DNA of 64,000 nucleotides from Escherichia phage vB_EcoM_F1. Under the pieces are notes generated by a model, which searched no databases, was not told the origin of the DNA, and worked only from the letters and a program-made list of their open reading frames with translations. Made by a program: the position numbers and the translations under genes. This document shows positions 7,274 through 16,508 of the stretch, piece by piece. Position 1 is the first letter of the stretch, and every line of letters starts with the position of its first letter. Where the stretch lies: the sequence record NC_054912.1, one strand, 5' to 3'.

Positions 7274-7939
7274 TTAAAATTTCATTTTTCGACCTTTAAA
7301 CCATCCTTCTGGAATTGGGTCAGTTTTCTTAATACGTTTAGAAACTTTTTCATCTAATGAATGAATCCACATCATACCAAATTGGGAATTCTTTTCACCT
7401 TTCTGGTGATTATTTTTAGCGTGAATTTCTTTCATTTTATTAATAGTTTCAAGAGTATGATGCTTATTTAAAAATCTGCTATTATTTAAAAATTTTTCCC
7501 TGTATTCAGGAGTTGACCACAAGCGTTTAAATACATTTGAACCATGTTTACGATATTTTTCTTGAAGTAAAATATCATTTTTAAAACGTGACTTAAACGA
7601 TTTAGCTCCTTTTAAACTAGCGTCTTTCTTCTGGTTTAGCATCTCAGGAATATTTATATGATCCCATCCGCCTTCACCGCCAAGTTTTAAATTATACACA
7701 TCTGGTCTATTTAAAAACTCTTCTGTGACAATATTTTTCTCGGCTTCAAGCATAGATTCTTTATCATCAAAATATTCTAATATTTCTTTAGAAAAATTTT
7801 CTATACCATACCTGTCTTGGGCTCTTTTTAATAATTTACCAGAACCCATATATCCATCATCTAAATTTTCGGTAGAATGCACACCAATATAAATTTTATT
7901 ATTAATTTTATTTGTTATTTTATAAGTGTAATGGAACAT
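7274..7939 (-). CDS. segB: GIY-YIG homing endonuclease (SegB-like) within the tRNA cluster
   Basis: 221 aa; N-terminal GIY-YIG module YKITNKINNKIYIGVH..DGYMGSG; same size and position as T4 segB. Confidence 0.85.
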   Translation of the reverse strand: MFHYTYKITNKINNKIYIGVHSTENLDDGYMGSGKLLKRAQDRYGIENFSKEILEYFDDKESMLEAEKNIVTEEFLNRPDVYNLKLGGEGGWDHINIPEMLNQKKDASLKGAKSFKSRFKNDILLQEKYRKHGSNVFKRLWSTPEYREKFLNNSRFLNKHHTLETINKMKEIHAKNNHQKGEKNSQFGMMWIHSLDEKVSKRIKKTDPIPEGWFKGRKMKF

Positions 7940-7980
7940 AAATATCTCCTATTTCTAAGAGTATTTATGTTCCCAAAATA

Positions 7981-8052
7981 TGGCCCTGGGTGGAATTGAA
8001 CCACCATCTGGCGATTATGAGTCGCTTGCTTGAACCTTCCAGCTACAGGGCC
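7981..8052 (-). tRNA. tRNA with anticodon CAU (T4 tRNA-Ile position; Met not excluded)
   Basis: manual fold: acceptor GGCCCUG/CAGGGCC, anticodon loop CU-CAU-AA, T-arm GGUGG-UUCAAUU-CCACC; no encoded CCA. Confidence 0.7.
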
Positions 8053-8053
8053 T

Positions 8054-8129
8054 TGGTGCTGATTGACGGAATCGAACCGCCGACATCCTCATTACAAGTG
8101 AGGTGCTCTACCTACTGAGCTAAATCAGC
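8054..8129 (-). tRNA. tRNA-Thr (anticodon UGU)
   Basis: acceptor GCUGAUU/AAUCAGC, D-arm GCUC-AGUAGGUA-GAGC, anticodon loop CU-UGU-AA, T-loop UUCGAUU, encoded CCA. Confidence 0.85.
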
Positions 8130-8136
8130 GAAATTA

Positions 8137-8223
8137 CGGAGGCGATAGGATTTGAACCTATGAGTCGCCGGAGCGACTGCCGGTTTTCAAGACCGGTGCA
8201 TTAAACCACTCTGCCACGCCTCC
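8137..8223 (-). tRNA. tRNA-Ser (anticodon UGA), long variable arm
   Basis: acceptor GGAGGCG/CGCCUCC, anticodon loop CU-UGA-AA, long variable arm, T-loop UUCAAAU; no encoded CCA; 2 nt after tRNA-Pro. Confidence 0.8.
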
Positions 8224-8225
8224 AG

Positions 8226-8299
8226 TCTCCGCGGCAGGATTTGAACCTACGACATTCTGCTCCCAAAGCAGACGCTCTACCAAACTGAGCTACACGGAG
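8226..8299 (-). tRNA. tRNA-Pro (anticodon UGG)
   Basis: acceptor CUCCGUG/CGCGGAG, D-arm GCUC..GAGC, anticodon loop UU-UGG-GA, T-loop UUCAAAU; no encoded CCA. Confidence 0.8.
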
Positions 8300-8309
8300 T
8301 AAATTAAAT

Positions 8310-8383
<74 letters not shown>

Positions 8384-8388
8384 AAATT

Positions 8389-8475
8389 TGGTGCGAGAAG
8401 TGGGACTCGAACCCACAAGGAAATCATTCCGCAGCATTTTAAGTGCTGTGCCTTTACCAATTTGACCATTCTCGC
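8389..8475 (-). tRNA. tRNA-Leu (anticodon UAA), long variable arm
   Basis: acceptor GCGAGAA/UUCUCGC, anticodon loop CU-UAA-AA, long variable arm, T-loop UUCGAGU, encoded CCA. Confidence 0.8.
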
Positions 8476-8476
8476 G

Positions 8477-8549
8477 CTGGGAATAAAGGACTCGAACCTT
8501 TGCATCCTGGAATCAAAATCCAGTGCCTTACCAACTTGGCTAATTCCCA
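8477..8549 (-). tRNA. tRNA-Gln (anticodon UUG)
   Basis: acceptor UGGGAAU/AUUCCCA, D-arm GCCA..GGC, anticodon loop UU-UUG-AU, T-loop UUCGAGU; discriminator G, no CCA. Confidence 0.75.
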
Positions 8550-8618
8550 ATTATTAACAAAGGCTCTTAAGCAAGAACCCTTGATGATAGAGGGTATTAA
8601 TCAGTGCGATATAAGTTA

Positions 8619-8643
8619 ATAATAACAAATAATTCTTAAAGCA
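8619..8643 (-). promoter_or_regulatory. middle-type promoter (MotA box TGCTTTA plus -10 TATTAT) upstream of the tRNA cluster
   Basis: minus-strand ataTGCTTTA at 8637-8643, 12 nt spacer, TATTAT at 8624-8619. Confidence 0.4.
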
Positions 8644-8646
8644 TAT

Positions 8647-8934
8647 TTACCATTTATGATGATACATACTTACGATGCATTCAAGACCCAAAGGATTCTT
8701 GAAAATATCATATTCAAGAGGACCTTTTTCTGTTTCAATAAAGAAATCAAAATTTACTGTATTAAATTTACGGTCTTCCTTTACTAATTTAACCTGAGAA
8801 GATGAACGGTCAATGTAAACCTTTTCAACTTCAAAACACGTTAAAATGCCATAATCATCAATCAAGGCTTTGGCTGCTTCTTGATCATATTTATATCCAT
8901 TTTCAACGGATGATACTTTCGCATAAAGAATCAT
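8647..8934 (-). CDS. hypothetical protein
   Basis: 95 aa ORF with ATG start. Confidence 0.5.
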   Translation of the reverse strand: MILYAKVSSVENGYKYDQEAAKALIDDYGILTCFEVEKVYIDRSSSQVKLVKEDRKFNTVNFDFFIETEKGPLEYDIFKNPLGLECIVSMYHHKW

Positions 8935-8936
8935 TA

Positions 8937-9317
8937 TCAGCCTTCATCAACAATAGTATGAGTGTGGGCATTTACAATTTGCCACCAATCAAAGCGATTA
9001 GAACCATACATCGGTTTGTTTTCATTTTCTTTGATAATATCACGGAGTTCATCTTCGGTAGCGGCTTTCGCGATTAAATCAGCATATCCACCACGAGGAT
9101 AATAATTATCACCTGCAAAAAGTAAAAAGTTTGGTTTAATATTATTAAACTCTTCAAGAGTAATAACTGTTCCACCAGGTTGAACAATATCTACATAACT
9201 ATATCCTAATTTTTGAGCAGCATCTACTGCTTCAAGCAGGGTATCATGAGCCCATCCAATTTGGCAATCTGGCTTTTCAGATGGATTAGCCTGATAATCC
9301 GCGTACACTTTATACAT
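8937..9317 (-). CDS. hypothetical protein
   Basis: track ORF starts at GTG 9326; ATG at 9317 has AAGGTG RBS. Confidence 0.5.
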   Translation of the reverse strand: MYKVYADYQANPSEKPDCQIGWAHDTLLEAVDAAQKLGYSYVDIVQPGGTVITLEEFNNIKPNFLLFAGDNYYPRGGYADLIAKAATEDELRDIIKENENKPMYGSNRFDWWQIVNAHTHTIVDEG

Positions 9318-9318
9318 T

Positions 9319-9504
9319 CTATTCACCTTTAGAAATTTTATCCATAACGATAGCGATTAAACCAACTAAAAATGCTACTACAAGTGAAAAAACATTTTCT
9401 GCTGTAGTTAATAATCCGCATATAAATCCAACAAACATTGAAAAACTAAAAGCGGAAGCAGAAATTGCAATAGCAACATTTCGAATTAATTCACAACGTT
9501 TCAT
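9319..9504 (-). CDS. small membrane protein (two TM helices)
   Basis: 61 aa, ATG start, hydrophobic; preceded by a promoter/stem-loop cassette. Confidence 0.5.
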   Translation of the reverse strand: MKRCELIRNVAIAISASAFSFSMFVGFICGLLTTAENVFSLVVAFLVGLIAIVMDKISKGE

Positions 9505-9575
9505 TTTATTCTCCTCAGTAGTTGATAGGGTAATAGTATCACAACTAAAACCCTATGTAAACAACTTTGTGAAAA
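9505..9575 (-). promoter_or_regulatory. early promoter plus stem-loop cassette, copy A (GTTTAC-N18-TACTAT)
   Basis: TTTCACAAAGTTGTTTACAT on minus strand; GTTTAC 9562-9557; TACTAT 9538-9533; stem atagggt/accctat; about 45 nt shared with copy B. Confidence 0.5.
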
Positions 9576-9579
9576 TTTA

Positions 9580-9870
9580 TTACAAAAGATTTTTTGCAAT
9601 AATTTTAAGCTGAGCTACTGAAATATGCTTGGCTTTAAACAAAGCAGTTTCTTCAGCAGGGGAGATAACGATTGTAGCACCATCTTTCTTAGCGGACCAT
9701 CCATCACCCAGGTAAACAGTACCTTTGACTTCTTCGCCATCAACCAGACTAATCATTGGTTTACCTTCTCGTCCTTTATTTGCTTTAATAACTTCAGAAG
9801 TAAGAGTAGCTTCGGTAATAGTAGAAACCGGGGTAGTTGTAGTAGAAGTAAATTCTTTAAATGTTTTCAT
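9580..9870 (-). CDS. internal protein I-like head protein with CTS-like N-terminus
   Basis: 96 aa; N-terminus MKTFKEFTSTT..ITE; size and position (between tRNAs and 57B) as for T4 ipI; sequence diverged. Confidence 0.6.
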   Translation of the reverse strand: MKTFKEFTSTTTTPVSTITEATLTSEVIKANKGREGKPMISLVDGEEVKGTVYLGDGWSAKKDGATIVISPAEETALFKAKHISVAQLKIIAKNLL

Positions 9871-9942
9871 TTTATTTTCCTAATTAATTTTGATGAGGTA
9901 ATAGTATCACTACCTCATCAGCATGTAAACAACTTTGTGAAA

Positions 9943-9945
<3 letters not shown>
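9871..9945 (-). promoter_or_regulatory. early promoter plus stem-loop cassette, copy B (GTTTAC-N18-TACTAT)
   Basis: GTTTAC 9930-9925; TACTAT 9906-9901 inside the loop of 9 bp stem gatgaggta/tacctcatc. Confidence 0.5.
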
Positions 9946-10639
<694 letters not shown>

Positions 10640-10640
<1 letters not shown>

Positions 10641-11365
10641 TATAGTACCTTTAGTGTATTTTTAATTTTAGAAAAAAGTTCTTCAAGAGAACCATCGTTT
10701 GTAATTACTAAATCGCCATCACGAATTGGCAATCCAGCTTCTGTAATATGTGTATCATTGGATTTTTGACCAGGACGAACTACATGAATTACTGTAGCAC
10801 CCATCGCCCTAGCCGCATCCATTTCATGATCTTGACGAGTATCAGGAACGATATAATAATCATAACCTGAGTTAAATTTATCAAGATAATCTAAAGCAAA
10901 TAATTTTACCCAGTACATGCGATCGAAGTTATTAACAATCAAATCCGTACCTAGGGCTTGCATCAGACGACGGACTGACCATTGATCTTCAATATTATTT
11001 ATAACGTCAATAATCTTGTTAAATGCTACGGAATTAACTGATTCTTGTCCTTCGTCATCAAAAACAAACACACCTTTAATTGGGCTTTTACCATTAAGAT
11101 AGCAAAATGCTTGTTCCATAATCGTGATTACTTCTGATTTAGTCAGATTTAAATTAGTCTCACGATCATAGTCAATTCCTTCAAACTCTTTACGAGTTAA
11201 GCAAGGATAGTAAGTGTTTTCTGCAAATACGCCCCATGCATAAGCCAATGCATCCTTAATAGGACCAGCAAGTTGGTATTTAACTGCAGAATAATTGCTC
11301 ATGATAAAATCAGCAGTAGTATCTTTTCCACTACGCTTTACACCGCTTAAAAAGACTAGTTTCAT
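10640..11365 (-). CDS. 1: deoxynucleoside monophosphate kinase gp1
   Basis: 241 aa; N-terminal P-loop LSGVKRSGKDT; T4 gene order. Confidence 0.9.
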
Positions 11366-11414
11366 GTGTTTCTCCTCAAATTTAATTAAGATTATAACAC
11401 ATAAAACTGAAGCA

Positions 11415-11945
11415 TTAAACTTCTGCTATAATTTTACCATCTTTTTCTACTTGAAAATACGTATAAGGAATCGTTGCTGTACATACTAAAGCCGGGTCTG
11501 AATCTTCTGTGTAGCTAAATTCTACTTCAGACAGGTCAGAAACCCAAGGCTTATAAAAATTTATTGACATCACGATTTCAGTTTTGCTATTATCTAAGAT
11601 GTAAAGCGTAATGTACTCAGGACCTGTTTTTTGGGCAGTATTTTCACCTGTAAGATAGTTGCTAGTTCCTAGCATCCATTCATACATTCCTATCCACGAC
11701 TTAAGTTCTTCATCAACTATAAATCTCACAATGAGTGGATCGTACTCAAATGTAACTCCTGGACGCTGTGCTCGGCCTAGTCCAAACGGCCCAGTCACGG
11801 TATCAGTAACAGGTATTCTAATTCCTGGAATAGGAACTGACTGAGCATTTAAAGTAAAAGCAGATGTAGTATTACTATGTGGTATTGATACTACAAAGTT
11901 AGTTGTATTTGCTTGGTTAAAAATTTGTTGCAGAGCTTGCGACAT
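11415..11945 (-). CDS. 3: tail tube terminator / sheath stabiliser gp3
   Basis: track ORF starts at TTG 12026; ATG at 11945 gives 176 aa, the T4 gp3 size. Confidence 0.85.
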   Translation of the reverse strand: MSQALQQIFNQANTTNFVVSIPHSNTTSAFTLNAQSVPIPGIRIPVTDTVTGPFGLGRAQRPGVTFEYDPLIVRFIVDEELKSWIGMYEWMLGTSNYLTGENTAQKTGPEYITLYILDNSKTEIVMSINFYKPWVSDLSEVEFSYTEDSDPALVCTATIPYTYFQVEKDGKIIAEV

Positions 11946-12051
11946 ATATTCCTCATAATGCTTTATAACTGTTGGTGGTATAATGGGTCTAAGTCCCTTC
12001 CATTCAATTCCATTTAGAACAAACAACAGAAAAGAATGGAAGATAATAGAA

Positions 12052-12876
12052 TTAGATATTTGACCAGACTTTGTTTGCAGAGAAACGTTTTCCTTTTGAA
12101 ACGAACTGCTGAAGTGGCATCAACACAACGTTCGCCCAGTCTTTCGGGGCGATTTCAACAAGGCTACCCATAATATTACCAGGTATATATGCCTTAATCA
12201 TTTGGTCTGCACCCCTAAATCCTTTCACTTGACTCCAATCAATTTTTAATTTCGTTTTATTAGTAATAGTAGGTGTATTTGCATATTGCTTTAAAAGCTC
12301 TTCTAGGAATTGCTGACGAGCTTTAGGTGGAATATAGTGCAAGTTTAATCCGTACATTAAATTATGCTTACCTAAACCAAGGTAAATTATCAAAGGAAAT
12401 TTATCCCAGTAAGGAAGAGTTTCCTTGTGTTTAGCATCATAAGCAAAAGCATATATTCGTCCCGGCTGCGGGCGAACAACTTTATGTCCTTTTACTTGCT
12501 TAATAGTTTCAGCAAACCACTTTCTGGTTTTATTATTAATTGCTGCGCCTTCATTACGAATTTTATCACGCAATGTTTGTCTGAATGAATTTATCATAAG
12601 CAATTGTCTTTCTTGCTTATTGAGTTTATTCATCGGTTTTGATTCAAGCTTTTGAATCTTTTCAGCCGTTTTAATTCCTGAAGCATATTTTGACATTGCT
12701 GAAGTAAACGTAGAGTATTTGATTCCTCTTTCTTCAGCAAATTGCTTTCCTGTCATTCCTTTTGCTTTGGCCTTTTTATATTCAAGACCTATCTGAATCC
12801 ATTTCTTTTCGTTTAATGATTGCTTAACCTTTGGAACTTGGGGAGTGCTTTCATTAATTATTTGAAAAATAGCCAT
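12052..12876 (-). CDS. 2: DNA end protector protein gp2
   Basis: 274 aa, size and order as T4 gp2. Confidence 0.85.
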
Positions 12877-13328
12877 TATGCCCCCTTAAAGCCAAGAGCT
12901 CGTAATCCATCTTCTGTTAAAATTCTAAATTTTATTCCACGCTTTTCAGCTAAAGATTGTGCTGCTTTCCATTTGTCGGTGTTAACAGACCAGGTATAAA
13001 TTTCATTCATAAATCTTTTCTTCGCTGCGGTTGTTAGATGCGCCGGTTTAACTGGTGGTTGTGTTTCTTTTTTAGGTTTTATTTCAATAAAAAATTCTTG
13101 TCCAGAAGAATCTTTCATCCAAATATCCATGAAGTATCTACGTTTTTTCCCTTCTGCATTACAAAAATAAGGAATTACTGCTGTTTCACTACCCCATGCA
13201 ATAATTTCTGGATTTTTATCTAACCATTCAAAAAAGAATTTTTCCCAATTTGATCTATACGTAATTTTTTTAGGGTCACCTCTATACTTTGATATATTTT
13301 TAGGAACCCATTTTCCAGAATATGCCAT
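12876..13328 (-). CDS. 4: head completion protein gp4
   Basis: 150 aa, size and order as T4 gp4; ATGA overlap with gene 2. Confidence 0.85.
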
Positions 13329-13339
13329 TGGATTCTCCT

Positions 13340-13362
13340 TATAAATAGATAATATATTTATA
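13340..13362. promoter_or_regulatory. divergent late promoters: TATAAATA on plus (13340-13347, gene 53) and on minus (13355-13362, gene 4)
   Basis: exact TATAAATA boxes read on both strands in the 4/53 intergenic region. Confidence 0.65.
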
Positions 13363-13375
13363 AACAGGAGGGCCC

Positions 13376-13966
13376 ATGCTCTTTACATTTTTTGATCCGA
13401 TTGAATATGCGGCCAAAACGGTGAATAAAAACGCGCCGACTATTCCTATGACAGATATTTTTAGAAACTATAAAGACTATTTTAAACGCGCTCTTGCGGG
13501 ATACCGCTTACGTACTTATTATATCAAAGGTTCACCACGCCCGGAAGAATTAGCAAATACTATATATGGAAATCCACAGTTGTATTGGGTTTTATTGATG
13601 TGTAATGATAATTATGACCCGTATTATGGATGGATTACTTCACAAGAAGCAGCTTATCAAGCATCTATACAAAAATACAAAAATGTAGGTGGAGACCAAA
13701 TAGTATATCATGTGAATGAGAACGGTGAAAAATTTTATAATTTAATATCATACGATGATAATCCATATGTTTGGTATGATAAAGGTGATAAAGCTAGAAA
13801 ATATCCTCAATATGAAGGAGCACTTGCTGCTGTTAATACGTATGAAGATGCTGTTCTTGAAAATGAAAAACTTCGTCAAATAAAAATAATAGCAAAATCA
13901 GACATTAATTCATTTATGAACGACCTTATACGTATAATGGAGAAATCTTATGGAAATGATAAGTAA
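13376..13966 (+). CDS. 53: baseplate wedge protein gp53
   Basis: 196 aa, AGGAGG RBS, T4 order. Confidence 0.85.
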   Translation: MLFTFFDPIEYAAKTVNKNAPTIPMTDIFRNYKDYFKRALAGYRLRTYYIKGSPRPEELANTIYGNPQLYWVLLMCNDNYDPYYGWITSQEAAYQASIQKYKNVGGDQIVYHVNENGEKFYNLISYDDNPYVWYDKGDKARKYPQYEGALAAVNTYEDAVLENEKLRQIKIIAKSDINSFMNDLIRIMEKSYGNDK

Positions 13967-15677
13967 TAACCTTAATTGGTTTGTTGGTGTTGTTGAAGAT
14001 AGAATGGACCCATTAAAATTAGGTCGTGTTCGTGTTCGTGTGGTTGGTCTGCATCCACCTCAAAGAGCACAAGGCGATGTAATGGGTATTCCAACTGAAA
14101 AATTACCATGGATGTCAGTTATTCAACCTATAACTTCTGCAGCAATGTCTGGAATTGGAGGTTCTGTTACTGGACCGGTAGAAGGAACTAGAGTTTATGG
14201 TCATTTTTTAGACAAATGGAAAACTAACGGAATTGTCCTTGGCACGTATGGTGGAATAGTTCGCGAAAAACCGAATAGACTTGAAGGATTTTCTGACCCA
14301 ACTGGGCAATATCCTAGACGTTTAGGAAATGATACTAATGTATTAAACCAAGGCGGAGAAGTAGGATATGATTCGTCTTCTAATATTATCCAAGATAGTA
14401 ACTTAGACACTGCAATAAATCCCGATGATAGACCACTATCAGAGATTCCAACCGATGATAATCCAAATATGTCAATGGCTGAAATGCTTCGCCGTGATGA
14501 AGGATTAAGATTAAAAGTTTATTGGGATACCGAAGGATATCCGACAATTGGTATTGGTCATCTTATCATGAAGCAGCCAGTTCGTGATATGGCTCAAATT
14601 AATAAAGTTTTATCAAAACAAGTTGGTCGTGAAATTACTGGAAACCCAGGTTCTATTACGATGGAAGAGGCGACGACTTTATTTGAACGTGATTTGGCTG
14701 ATATGCAACGGGACATTAAATCACATTCTAAAGTAGGACCAGTCTGGCAAGCTGTCAACCGTTCTCGTCAAATGGCGTTAGAAAATATGGCATTTCAGAT
14801 GGGTGTTGGTGGTGTAGCTAAATTTAACACAATGTTAACTGCTATGTTAGCAGGAGATTGGGAAAAAGCGTATAAAGCCGGTCGTGATTCATTATGGTAT
14901 CAACAAACAAAAGGCCGTGCATCCCGTGTTACCATGATTATTCTTACGGGAAATTTAGAATCATATGGCGTTGAAGTGAAAACCCCAGCTAGGTCTCTAT
15001 CAGCAATGGCTGCTACTGTAGCTAAATCTTCTGACCCTGCTGACCCTCCTATTCCAAATGACTCGAGAATTTTATTCAAAGAACCAGTTTCTTCATATAA
15101 AGGTGAATATCCTTATGTGCATACAATGGAAACTGAAAGTGGACATATTCAGGAATTTGATGATACCCCTGGGCAAGAACGATACAGATTAGTTCATCCA
15201 ACTGGAACTTATGAAGAAGTATCACCGTCAGGAAGAAGAACAAGAAAAACTGTTGATAATTTGTATGATATAACCAACGCTGATGGTAATTTTTTGGTAG
15301 CCGGTGATAAAAAGACTAACGTCGGTGGATCAGAAATTTATTACAACATGGATAATCGTCTTCACCAGATAGATGGAAGCAATACAATATTTGTACGTGG
15401 CGACGAAACGAAAACTGTTGAAGGCAATGGAACTATCCTAGTTAAAGGTAATGTTACTATTGTAGTTGAAGGTAATGCTGACATTACAGTTAAAGGAGAT
15501 GCTACCACTTTAGTTGAAGGAAATCAAACTAACACAGTAAATGGAAATCTTTCTTGGAAAGTTGCTGGGACAGTTGATTGGGACGTTGGTGGTGATTGGA
15601 CAGAAAAAATGGCATCTATGAGTTCTATTTCATCTGGTCAATACACAATTGATGGATCGAGGATTGACATTGGCTAA
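13950..15677 (+). CDS. 5: baseplate central spike and tail lysozyme gp5
   Basis: 575 aa; internal lysozyme domain paralogous to e (MLRRDEGLRLKVYWDTEGYPTIGIGHL); C-terminal beta-helix repeats VEGNxT..VKGN. Confidence 0.95.
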   Translation: MEMISNNLNWFVGVVEDRMDPLKLGRVRVRVVGLHPPQRAQGDVMGIPTEKLPWMSVIQPITSAAMSGIGGSVTGPVEGTRVYGHFLDKWKTNGIVLGTYGGIVREKPNRLEGFSDPTGQYPRRLGNDTNVLNQGGEVGYDSSSNIIQDSNLDTAINPDDRPLSEIPTDDNPNMSMAEMLRRDEGLRLKVYWDTEGYPTIGIGHLIMKQPVRDMAQINKVLSKQVGREITGNPGSITMEEATTLFERDLADMQRDIKSHSKVGPVWQAVNRSRQMALENMAFQMGVGGVAKFNTMLTAMLAGDWEKAYKAGRDSLWYQQTKGRASRVTMIILTGNLESYGVEVKTPARSLSAMAATVAKSSDPADPPIPNDSRILFKEPVSSYKGEYPYVHTMETESGHIQEFDDTPGQERYRLVHPTGTYEEVSPSGRRTRKTVDNLYDITNADGNFLVAGDKKTNVGGSEIYYNMDNRLHQIDGSNTIFVRGDETKTVEGNGTILVKGNVTIVVEGNADITVKGDATTLVEGNQTNTVNGNLSWKVAGTVDWDVGGDWTEKMASMSSISSGQYTIDGSRIDIG

Positions 15678-15711
15678 TATACTTCCAATGAGCGCTGATT
15701 TAGGAGAATCC

Positions 15712-16206
15712 ATGGAAGGTTCTTCTATCGACGTCACCTTTACCGCTCAATTAGAAACAGGTGAAACGTTAGTATCTATAAATATAACTAGTTACGAAGA
15801 AACTCCTGGGGTTTTAGTAGAAGAAAATCGCTTATACGGAACATATGAATCTGTGTTTGGATTTGGAAATGACGCGTTGAAATATCGTTTAGGCGATGAA
15901 TTTAAAACTGCTGCTTCATGGGAAGAACTTCCTACTGATTCTGATACTCAGTTGTATTTATGGAAAGCTCCTCAAAACCTCCAGAAGACATTCACTTACG
16001 AAGTAACATTAATATATGACTACCAAGAACAAAGTGAATCTGGAGGTTCTGGCAGTAATTCTAGGTCATCTTCTGATACTACTGAACCGACAGATCCTCC
16101 TGCTCCAGTAAGAAAAACTCTCGTTAAAAATTATACTAAAACTATAGTTGGAAATTGGAGTCGTTGGGCTAATAAATTAAGAAGCTATGTGTATGAGAGG
16201 TCATAG
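15712..16206 (+). CDS. hypothetical protein between gp5 and the PAAR protein (T4 5.1-like position)
   Basis: track ORF starts at TTG 15649 inside gene 5; ATG at 15712 has AGGAGA RBS. Confidence 0.55.
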
Positions 16207-16500
16207 ATGTCAGGATTAAGTTATGATAAGTGTGTTACTGCCGGCCATGAAGCATGGCCTCCAACAGTTGTGAATGCTACACAAAGTAAAGTATTCACTG
16301 GAGGAATTGCTGTTCTCGTAGCAGGTGATCCAATTACAGAACATACAGAAATTAAAAAGCCATATGAAACACATGGCGGAGTGACACAACCTAGAACTTC
16401 TAAGGTATATGTCACTGGAAAGAAAGCGGTTCAAATGGCTGATCCAATATCATGCGGTGATACTGTGGCTCAGGCATCATCTAAAGTATTCATTAAATAG
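16207..16500 (+). CDS. 5.4: PAAR-repeat spike tip protein gp5.4
   Basis: 97 aa, begins [17 protein letters not shown]; immediately downstream of the gp5 region. Confidence 0.85.
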
Positions 16501-16508
16501 GATTTAAA

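Noticed and set aside
15400-15560. Periodic repeat (VEGNxT / VKGNxT) that could be mistaken for a tandem DNA repeat
   Set aside because: It is the coding sequence of the gp5 C-terminal beta-helix; the repeat is at protein level and the units are not identical at DNA level.
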